A stretch of 64,000 nt of DNA. It comes from Pseudomonadota bacterium. GTDB taxonomy: Bacteria; Pseudomonadota; Alphaproteobacteria; Paracaedibacterales; CAIOTO01. The stretch spans positions 113,391 to 177,390 of the forward strand of contig JAZKDQ010000006.1 in assembly GCA_040387495.1 (NCBI GenBank). Reading direction: 5' to 3'. The position numbers and the translations under genes are program-made. The notes below the pieces were generated by a model. That model did no database searches and was not told where the DNA came from. It saw only the letters and a program-made list of their open reading frames with translations. Below are positions 56,778 to 64,000 of the stretch, piece after piece (within the stretch, counting starts at the first letter, position 1; each line of letters starts with the position of its first letter).

Positions 56778-57380
56778 CTACGAAGCCATTAAATCTAACA
56801 CTAAAGCGTTCTTCACTTCAGGTGTTTGTGCTCTCTCGACCCGCATAGTACGTACGTATTTAACTGCCTTTGGCAACAATAGCTCTTTCCTCAGATTGTC
56901 TCGCAACATATTCAACAAAGCATCACATTGAATGTTTCGATCATTAGAAAGGTTGTATTGCTCAATGATTGAGCATACCAATTTCATCTCTTTTCTTTCG
57001 CCGTATAGCTGGATAATTGTAAAAGACTTTTCAAGTCCATCTAAATAAGTATTATATTCAGGGCATGAAGAATCTCTTCTAAGATACTAAGCAATTCCTT
57101 CATAAGCATTACTTAGATATTCAACTCTTTTGATTCTACGAAGATTCTCATCCGCACTTCTGGCACTAATAAGCCACCCTAATATGGCAACGCTTATGGT
57201 AATTGCCGGCAGTCCGCTTCCTACTTCATTTCTTGTGACCAAAAGATGAAACCCATAAGCTGCAGATGCAATACATCCTACTATAATCAACCAATACTTC
57301 TTCCAATAATTAAAGAAATTCACTATATCCGTAACAAGTTCTATTTTAATTTCTTCTATTTCAAACGTCATTCTTTTCAA
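56778..57380 (-). pseudogene. 200-codon membrane-protein gene interrupted by a single in-frame TAG
   Basis: ORFs 57087..57380 and 56778..56987 are in the same frame. The 33 codons between the TAG (57087..57089) and the downstream ATG contain no stop. Confidence 0.55.
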
Positions 57381-57530
57381 CCTTAATTCATTGCATAATT
57401 ATGCATAGATACATTTTCACCAGTGCACATCCCCTGAAAACAAGTTCAATTGTGAAATTAGAATGTAGCACACTTAATACTTAAGGTGCCAAATGAAAAA
57501 TGAGATTTATAAGAGAGTTTTAAACTTGAA

Positions 57531-58439
57531 TTATTGACCGTTTGATGCAAGCCAGGCTTTTAGTGTCAGCATATCTTTCCACACCAGTGCCTTTTGACTA
57601 GGAGACCGCATAATATAGGATGGGTGCAACGTCGGCATTGCGGCCATCGTAAGGCCACTCTTGGTTGTATGTTCTAATATTTGTCCGCGCAATTTCAAAA
57701 TACCATCGCCGCGATTAAGTAACGTTTTAACCGCAACACCGCCCAGTAAAATCAAAATTTTAGGCGCAATCAGTTCAATGTGACGTTCAATAAATGGCAA
57801 ACAATACGCAACCTCGGCCGTTGTCGGTGGGCGATTCCCCGGTGGACGCCAAGGAATAATATTGCCAATATAAATAGAATTTCGATCCAACCCAATGGTT
57901 GCCAAAATCGTGTCTAATAACTGCCCACTTTGCCCAACGAATGGTTTACCTAAGCGATCTTCGTCAGCACCAGGTGCTTCGCCGATCAACATAATATCAG
58001 CCTCTGGGTTGCCATCAGCAAACACTGTATGCGTAGCCGCCTTAATTAAATCACATCCCGTAGTATGCTCCATCGCATAACGCAATTGTTCAAGTGTTTC
58101 GCATGCCAGAGCCGGGTGATCACCAGCTGTCGTAATTGGGGGCGTAAAATCAAGGGACTTAACTATGGCTCGTGGTGGTACGGGTTGCGGCGCAGGTTGT
58201 GCTACTGGTTCTATCGATGAAGCAATTGGTGCCGATTGAGGTGGCCCCACGGATATGGAGTCTACGTGAGATGCGAATTCCACATGAGGCAAAGTGTGAG
58301 CAGCCATTGGTTTGAATGATAATTTTACAGGCGCTGTTGCCACGTAATGATCGCGCGGCACGTCAGACAGCGCAGCATCCACCCCACAGGTACGATACCA
58401 ATCAAGAATCTGTGCATAATTATGTAATGTCTCTGTCAT
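57531..58439 (-). CDS. Uracil-DNA glycosylase, family 4, with an N-terminal extension
   Basis: Motif GEAPGADEDRLGKPFVGQSGQLLD and the C-terminal HPS motif. Confidence 0.85.
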   Translation of the reverse strand: MTETLHNYAQILDWYRTCGVDAALSDVPRDHYVATAPVKLSFKPMAAHTLPHVEFASHVDSISVGPPQSAPIASSIEPVAQPAPQPVPPRAIVKSLDFTPPITTAGDHPALACETLEQLRYAMEHTTGCDLIKAATHTVFADGNPEADIMLIGEAPGADEDRLGKPFVGQSGQLLDTILATIGLDRNSIYIGNIIPWRPPGNRPPTTAEVAYCLPFIERHIELIAPKILILLGGVAVKTLLNRGDGILKLRGQILEHTTKSGLTMAAMPTLHPSYIMRSPSQKALVWKDMLTLKAWLASNGQ

Positions 58440-58756
58440 GAATGCAGTATAGCGATTGATCTAGAAAAAGGGAAAAACAAATTACCAATAAATCTGTATT
58501 ATTACTCTCAAATCCATAGTACCTATTACTTTTTAAAAAATAGCTCTTCGGATGAAGCTTGAGAGAACCTGTTAGAAGATAAAAAGAGCAATTTCATAAT
58601 TAAATTAAACTTGAATATCAATATCATGAAAGAAAACTGGAAGCCTCACAGATCCAGCTAAACATACATTCTAAATCATTTTTATTAAAATTACGTTGAC
58701 ATCAATTTTTGCGCAATGCAGCATATTATAAGGATGTTTTTGAACAAGAATTATGC

Positions 58757-59398
58757 ATGAAAAAAGCACTGCTCGCCAAAGTAATTCTGCTATTAGCCTC
58801 AATGACCACAAACTGTTTAGCAATGAATTACCGTGATTTCAGAGAATGCAATGAAGCTGGCATATTACTTAGTTCTGCGGCTTTTTTTAATATAAATAAG
58901 GCACAACAAGAAATACCTTCTTCGACATTCACATCTGCCTCTATAGAATTGGGAGCAAGGGACGCCTGGCTTCATCAGCGCTTGAAAGACTATACAACCG
59001 GGAATATTTCACAAGATGAGCGAGATTTTATTATTGCAAAATTATCCGAATTCAAGCCTACCTTGTTTTCTCGTCCGTCTGACTCATTGCGTGTGTTAAT
59101 TGAAGAGCAATTAATACCCAAGACAATGCATTACAAAAACGTTTTAATTGTTTTTGAAGCATATTTAAAACTAAAATCCTATCGTTCTAGCTGCGGTAAA
59201 GGCCCAAGAGAACGTGCACTTCAAGAACTTATAAAACGTAATGAAGGATATCAAACACCTACACTGAAAGAAGAAAATCTTTATGAAGTTTTAAATATAA
59301 GCCCCGCTCATCCCACAGCTGCTTCTGCGCAAAACAATAAAGCCAGAAATCCTTGCGACGCTCAAAGAAGGAAAAAGGTCAAACCCATACATGAATGA
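58757..59398 (+). CDS. Hypothetical secreted protein
   Basis: Signal peptide MKKALLAKVILLLASMTTNCLA at ATG 58757. No domain recognised. Confidence 0.5.
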   Translation: MKKALLAKVILLLASMTTNCLAMNYRDFRECNEAGILLSSAAFFNINKAQQEIPSSTFTSASIELGARDAWLHQRLKDYTTGNISQDERDFIIAKLSEFKPTLFSRPSDSLRVLIEEQLIPKTMHYKNVLIVFEAYLKLKSYRSSCGKGPRERALQELIKRNEGYQTPTLKEENLYEVLNISPAHPTAASAQNNKARNPCDAQRRKKVKPIHE

Positions 59399-59487
59399 TC
59401 AATCTAAAGAATGAACTACTACAATCATCTTTAGACTCGTTTGATATTAATGGAAGTGTGGAGTGCCCTTTTGAGGGTAGCACAAAA

Positions 59488-59979
59488 TTACGCCGCAATT
59501 TTGAGTGTACTTAATAATCCTAAAGACTGTTCCAGCTGTTGTTCATGAAAGGCATCATTAGCCTGTTCTTTAAGGTGAGTCTTCAATTTTCCAAGAATAT
59601 CCGCAATTAATTGTTCTTTATAAAGGTTATGAAAACGTTCCTCTAAATGCTTTGCGTGCTGTGCATGCAAAATTTTCTTTTGCGCTATCTCCGCGACGAT
59701 CTCTTCCCGTATTGAAAGAATTAATGCATCACAAGAAACACGCCCTTTTTCCATAACATCAGCAACTTTTGCATCAACGCCTTCAAGTTCAGTACTCACT
59801 TTCTTTAAGTGAGCATAAGCTGCTTCGCGTGCATGTGCTGCATCGTTAATACTCTTCTTTATGAGGTCAATTTCTTCGTCTAAAACAGCACCGACATTAA
59901 AAAACCGTTTCCAGATCATAAACCCAACGAGAATTAAAAAGCTAAGTGCTACAAAGTGAGATGGATCAATGTGTGACAT
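59488..59979 (-). CDS. atpF: F0F1 ATP synthase subunit b
   Basis: One N-terminal TM segment and a long charged helix. It is the last gene of the a-c-b'-b order typical of alphaproteobacteria. Confidence 0.8.
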   Translation of the reverse strand: MSHIDPSHFVALSFLILVGFMIWKRFFNVGAVLDEEIDLIKKSINDAAHAREAAYAHLKKVSTELEGVDAKVADVMEKGRVSCDALILSIREEIVAEIAQKKILHAQHAKHLEERFHNLYKEQLIADILGKLKTHLKEQANDAFHEQQLEQSLGLLSTLKIAA

Positions 59980-60487
59980 GAGTTGCCTTTTTCTTTGATC
60001 GATTTATTGGCGCATCGTGAACTGTTGGAAGCGAGTTCTTCTGTTTTTCTTTAGGCTTATTAACAACATGCGCTAGTATTTGATTTAAGCAATCCGTAGC
60101 AAGTGACCCCATGCTTTCTTGCAACTGCAATTTCTGACGTTCAAAAGATTTTTCCATTGCCGTCAAACTCTCTGCAAGCTCATCGTCAATATGCGTCAGT
60201 TGGACTTTTTTCTTATGCTCTAAATCACTAAGCGTTTCTTTTATCTGCGCTTCAATCTGTCGTTGCGCATCTTCTATTTTTTTCTGACTTTTTTCAAAAA
60301 GAAGGTTCGCTTGTTCTTGCATATATTCTGCTTGTTCAACGTCGTAACGAATTTTTGATAAGCGTTTTTCGATCGTTTGATTAAATCTGGGAATAAAAAT
60401 ACGCACATAACAAAAAACAACCATGCCCAAACAAATCGCCAACCAAAATATTTGCGAGATAAAGGTTGATGTATCAAATTGAGGCAT
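59966..60487 (-). CDS. F0F1 ATP synthase subunit b'
   Basis: MPQFD..TF.SQIFWL N-terminus typical of b', followed by a charged helix. Confidence 0.8.
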   Translation of the reverse strand: MPQFDTSTFISQIFWLAICLGMVVFCYVRIFIPRFNQTIEKRLSKIRYDVEQAEYMQEQANLLFEKSQKKIEDAQRQIEAQIKETLSDLEHKKKVQLTHIDDELAESLTAMEKSFERQKLQLQESMGSLATDCLNQILAHVVNKPKEKQKNSLPTVHDAPINRSKKKATHVTH

Positions 60488-60516
60488 GGCTTATCTTCCG
60501 ATTTAAATGCGTATGC

Positions 60517-60741
60517 TTAACCGAATAAAATCAGTAGCGATACAATCAACGCAAACAAGGCGATTGATTCTGTTAATGCAAATGCGAGAATGCTTTTATT
60601 AAACAATTCATCTTTAACAGATGGGTTGCGCGCAATGGATGAAATCAATGTTGAAAATAAATTCCCAAGCGCAATTCCCACGCCAAACAATGGTAATACC
60701 GCGATAGCCGCAGCAATTTTTGTAATACCTGCAAGTTCCAT
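60517..60741 (-). CDS. atpE: F0F1 ATP synthase subunit c
   Basis: 74-aa hairpin proteolipid with a conserved acidic residue in helix 2 (ALTESIALF). Confidence 0.95.
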   Translation of the reverse strand: MELAGITKIAAAIAVLPLFGVGIALGNLFSTLISSIARNPSVKDELFNKSILAFALTESIALFALIVSLLILFG

Positions 60742-60768
60742 ATTCTAGATGACTCCTTTTTTAATCTG

Positions 60769-61509
60769 TTAATGTAAACTTAGCGCATCGTTTAAGTAAA
60801 TGCACGTTAATATAGTAAAGACATAGGCTTGCAAAAGCGCAATCATGACCTCAAAACCTGTAAGTGTTGTGTTTAGCAGCAACGGTAAAATACTGACAAC
60901 AGCAAGCGGACTTTTAAGAAGCATTCCAACGAAACCAGCAAAAATCTTAATCATCACATGCCCCGCTACCATATTTGCAAACAAACGAACGGCAAGGCTA
61001 ACTGGACGTGCTAAAAATGAAATAATTTCAATAGGAACCAAAATAGGTGCCACAAACAATGGCGTTCCTACTGGGTAGAAGGTACGAAAGAAATGCGAAC
61101 CATGTTTAATTATGCCAACCGTAGTGGCACTAACAAATACAAGCAGAGCTAAGGAGAACGTGACAATAATATGGCTTGTAACCGTAAAGCTATAAGGCAA
61201 TAACCCCATAAGGTTTGATGCTAAAACAAAAAGAAACAATGGAAAAACATAAGGAAAAAAGACGCGTCCCTCACGACCAAGGCTTGATTTAAAGACATCC
61301 GCAATAAAATTGTAGATGTATTCATAAGAGAACTGCAGACGACTTGGAATAAGCGATGATTTTCGCGTAACAACATGCCCTAGCACACACAATGTGATTG
61401 CTACGATTACCATCCACAGCGATGAATTGGTAAATGAAATATCAAAACCACCCACTTTAATGGGGATCAGTTTTACGATTTCAAATTGGTGTAAAGGGCT
61501 ATTAGACAT
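60769..61509 (-). CDS. atpB: F0F1 ATP synthase subunit a
   Basis: Conserved LAVRLFANM..GH motif containing the essential Arg. Confidence 0.95.
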   Translation of the reverse strand: MSNSPLHQFEIVKLIPIKVGGFDISFTNSSLWMVIVAITLCVLGHVVTRKSSLIPSRLQFSYEYIYNFIADVFKSSLGREGRVFFPYVFPLFLFVLASNLMGLLPYSFTVTSHIIVTFSLALLVFVSATTVGIIKHGSHFFRTFYPVGTPLFVAPILVPIEIISFLARPVSLAVRLFANMVAGHVMIKIFAGFVGMLLKSPLAVVSILPLLLNTTLTGFEVMIALLQAYVFTILTCIYLNDALSLH

Positions 61510-61683
61510 TCGGCAGCTTAAAAGATACTCTAAGTTTTAAGACATTATACCAGGGATTGATGAAAGAACCAGTGAGAAATGTGAATTGTGTATATTTAAA
61601 AATATCCAAATATAATGCTTGAAATATAATAAACAAATCACTATATCATGTAATGTAAAAATTCATACACGAGGAATAAGAAA

Positions 61684-62274
61684 TTGAAGATGAATTTCAT
61701 CAAAATAATGTTAGCAACAATGTCAATAAATACAGCCTTTAGTGCTGACGTTAATATTTTCGACGAAGCACGTAAATTGGGAATGTTTCAACAATCGGCA
61801 ATGGAGAATGATCCAGAGTATCAAGCCTTGAATTCATTGATTCTATCTGGCGGTGCCATTATCGGCGCCACCATTGCTATGGCGGTATCTAATCCTTCAG
61901 CAACAGTTGTAGATATACAACTTGAAATGACAAGAAAAGCATTTTTAGAATTAAAAGGCAGCACAGAATTTGACACAGAATTGTTAGAACGATTTGAGAC
62001 ATTAGATAGTGAATACAAATCGTCTACTGCAGCAGACATGTTGTCACTGTGTCATGCGGTTTGGAATAACCCTAATGTAAGTCAAAATTATCAGAGGATT
62101 AGTGCAACAAGAAAAGTTCAAGAAAACATAGAATCTGAACTAAAGATTATATCCGTAACAGAACAATTGAAAATGGAATTTGGTGCAGCCTTGACGCTTG
62201 CTTTTGTTGATGAAATGCGGAATTTTTATCCACTTGGATATTTACAACAAAATTGGCCCGCGGTTATAGCGTAA
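61684..62274 (+). CDS. Hypothetical secreted protein
   Basis: Signal peptide (MNFIKIMLATMSINTAFSA). The start is TTG 61684 or ATG 61690. No domain recognised. Confidence 0.5.
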   Translation: MKMNFIKIMLATMSINTAFSADVNIFDEARKLGMFQQSAMENDPEYQALNSLILSGGAIIGATIAMAVSNPSATVVDIQLEMTRKAFLELKGSTEFDTELLERFETLDSEYKSSTAADMLSLCHAVWNNPNVSQNYQRISATRKVQENIESELKIISVTEQLKMEFGAALTLAFVDEMRNFYPLGYLQQNWPAVIA

Positions 62275-62392
62275 TAATATCTTTTTTTACAGTGTAGGTT
62301 TTTAGGCATGGTTCTTTTAATTTGATCCATGCCTAAGTTATTTTTTAATTAAACGATTAGCAACCGGCGCTTATGCAAATTGGGATATAAAA

Positions 62393-63235
62393 TCACCGCA
62401 TAAACGATGGATAGCTGAAAAAGAAAAAGTGCACGGCATTAAGCGCGAAGTGCACCAATATTGCAGCTTCGATACGGTTGTTGCGCATGTATGCCGCACC
62501 ATAGAACAGCCCCGCAATCGTTGAAAATATAATCATAAGCACACCACTTTGATAATGACGCAATCCAAATATAACTGACGCCACTATAAGTGCAACCATT
62601 TTAGGAATACGATGCCTCTCACAAAAATCGGTCAGGTTATTCTGGATATAGCCCCTAAAAAATGCTTCCTGAACAATGCATACCAACATCAAGTTATTCA
62701 TTAAAAACCAAAACGTTTGTGGCGGGAATTTGGGATTAAACGTCACAAAGCCAGAAAAATGGGCAGCTGCCATTAAGCACGCAACACAAAGACTGCCATA
62801 GATGCCGGTTGACACAAGAACCTGCTTCCATTCAACACGTGTGCGCGAAGTAGGCACTATCATATACATCAAAAGAAACGCAATTATTCCATTTTCCATA
62901 TTCAAATACATGGTAAACGGCGTGCAATGCTGACCAACAAAAACGGCATCAAAAATTTTAAAGTTGTTAATTCCAGGAACAAAATGAAAGAACAGTAAAA
63001 AGGAAAGCACTGTGAAACAAACATGCATAAGTGCCGTTAAAGCTTTGTTGCGTTTTTCTTGAATCACATACAGTGAGCCATACAATACAGGGATTGTGAG
63101 CAATACAAGCGGGTGAAGTGCACCAATGCATAAACCAGAAATAACCGCACCGGCATAAAAAAGAAGTCCCGCTTTTTTGGAAAACCAACATGAGGCAACG
63201 GATATAATGAAGCAAATGTGCGGAATGTAAAGCAT
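62393..63235 (-). CDS. CPBP family intramembrane glutamic endopeptidase (CAAX protease/Abi-like)
   Basis: Motifs QEAFFRGYIQ, FGLRH and HFALN in a polytopic membrane protein. Confidence 0.8.
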   Translation of the reverse strand: MLYIPHICFIISVASCWFSKKAGLLFYAGAVISGLCIGALHPLVLLTIPVLYGSLYVIQEKRNKALTALMHVCFTVLSFLLFFHFVPGINNFKIFDAVFVGQHCTPFTMYLNMENGIIAFLLMYMIVPTSRTRVEWKQVLVSTGIYGSLCVACLMAAAHFSGFVTFNPKFPPQTFWFLMNNLMLVCIVQEAFFRGYIQNNLTDFCERHRIPKMVALIVASVIFGLRHYQSGVLMIIFSTIAGLFYGAAYMRNNRIEAAILVHFALNAVHFFFFSYPSFMR

Positions 63236-63283
63236 GATTGGTATTCCTTAGAGTCAGAGGTGTTGCTCTCTTTTTAAATCATT

Positions 63284-63380
63284 GTGATGCCCTCGAAGGC
63301 GGGTATCCAGCTGTACTTTAGTTAGACGACTTTTTAAATTTGAATGACATTTTCTAGATTCCCGCTTCCCCGGGAATGAC
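63284..63380. repeat. Second copy of the MITE-like element family seen at 49614..49708
   Basis: The ends are gtgatgccctcgaaggcgggtatcc and gattcccgcttccccgggaatgac. The right end is near-identical to 49685..49708, and the length is similar (97 vs 95 bp). Confidence 0.65.
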
Positions 63381-63499
63381 AAAAGAAATGCAGTGATGGC
63401 AGTGTAAGTATCCAGATATAACAGCACAACTTATAGCAATAAAAAAAGCATGATCAAAACCATGCCTTTTCTTAATTTTATGTACTCTTCACTCAACTA

Positions 63500-63808
63500 T
63501 TAATGATGTGATTCGGACTCTGCGTCGGAATCAGATTCATATTCGTCATTCAATGCAATCGAAACTTCACTTTGATGATTGTTTTCAAAGAGCATAATCG
63601 GGCCTTGTGGCATTATTGTAGAAATTGCATGCTTATAAACAAGTTGAGAATGACCTTCACGGCGAAGCAACATTGTTGACTGGTCAAACCAAGTTACAAT
63701 CCCTTGCAATTTTACGCCATTAATTAGAAATACGGTTAGAGGTGTTTTATTTTTACGAACATGATTTAGGAAAACATCTTGTACGTTAACGGGCTTCTCT
63801 CCGGCCAT
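63500..63808 (-). CDS. hfq: RNA chaperone Hfq
   Basis: Sm1/Sm2 motifs (VQD.FLN..RK...P.T.FL.NG.KLQG; YKHAIST), with an acidic Asp/Glu/Ser tail. Confidence 0.95.
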   Translation of the reverse strand: MAGEKPVNVQDVFLNHVRKNKTPLTVFLINGVKLQGIVTWFDQSTMLLRREGHSQLVYKHAISTIMPQGPIMLFENNHQSEVSIALNDEYESDSDAESESHH

Positions 63809-64000
63809 GTAAATTATTCCTTATTATCTTTACTAAAATTTGATACTAATAGTGCTTTTTTCAATCTGCAAGGGAAAAAAATAAGATAAATCAAATTTTT
63901 CTAACAATTGCTTTATTTTAGTGACTAAAAAGTCAAAGTAGTCCCGTAATTTTTTAATTGTGATACAAAAGATCCGAATGACGATATAAAATTTAAAACA

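Noticed and set aside
58690-58740. Candidate sigma-70 promoter using TTGACA (58696..58701) and TATTAT.
   Set aside because: The spacer between the hexamers is ~22 nt, well outside the functional 16-18 nt range. Alternative -10 hexamers at the proper spacing are poor.
59270-59398. J-domain-like start (NLYEVLNISPAHPTAAS) at the C-terminus of the secreted protein 58757..59398.
   Set aside because: Only the first helix-like motif is present. There is no HPD tripeptide, and the protein ends ~35 residues later, so the evidence for a DnaJ domain is insufficient.
63500-63808. The Hfq acidic C-terminal tail ([18 protein letters not shown]) as something unusual.
   Set aside because: Variable, often acidic C-terminal extensions are common among Hfq proteins, so this does not stand out without comparative data.
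1-64000. Search for prophage, transposase or integrase genes, rRNA operons, toxin-antitoxin pairs or known defence operons.
   Set aside because: No ORF showed integrase, transposase, phage structural or Cas motifs. The only TA-like signal is the HicA-like tail, reported separately. The accessory DNA here appears as single-gene insertions rather than recognisable mobile elements.

Overview
This window looks like the chromosome of a low-GC alphaproteobacterium, probably an obligate or facultative intracellular symbiont of the Holosporales/Rickettsiales type. That placement is inferred from gene content and order only. The housekeeping backbone includes mdh-sucC-sucD-sucA-sucB, the F0 ATP synthase operon atpB-atpE-b'-b, ftsH-glmM, addA-trxA, lptF-lptG-lptD with a divergent surA-like gene, murD-ftsW, ettA, fabG, nth, recO, hfq, anmK, nagZ and one tRNA-Gln(CUG). 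Visibly AT-richer orphan genes interrupt this backbone, and most of them start with a signal peptide. I saw no rRNA, CRISPR array, transposase, integrase or phage genes.

The most interesting observations are:
- **Giant cysteine-rich protein (5662..11226, minus):** about 1850 aa, secreted, built almost entirely of C-x2/3-C-P...Y repeats. It includes 12 exact-phase 17-aa units and resembles protist VSP/furin-like/ciliate surface-antigen repeats rather than a familiar bacterial family.
- **ettA 3' duplication:** a ~590-bp direct repeat of the ettA 3' end plus its terminator brackets a ~1-kb cargo gene. The two copies differ mostly at synonymous sites, which suggests a recombination-borne islet.
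- **HicA-like tail:** an orphan secreted protein of about 530 aa ends in a sequence resembling a HicA/YcfA RNase domain.
- **RpiB-MazG fusion:** a single ORF joins the two domains.
- **AAA_14/DUF4143 ATPase:** it sits where addB is expected and is preceded by 32-bp tandem repeats that carry -35-like hexamers and a 9-bp palindrome.
- **Three interrupted genes:** one has an in-frame TAG and two have homopolymer frameshifts.
- **MITE-like palindromic elements:** a small family is inserted inside operons.
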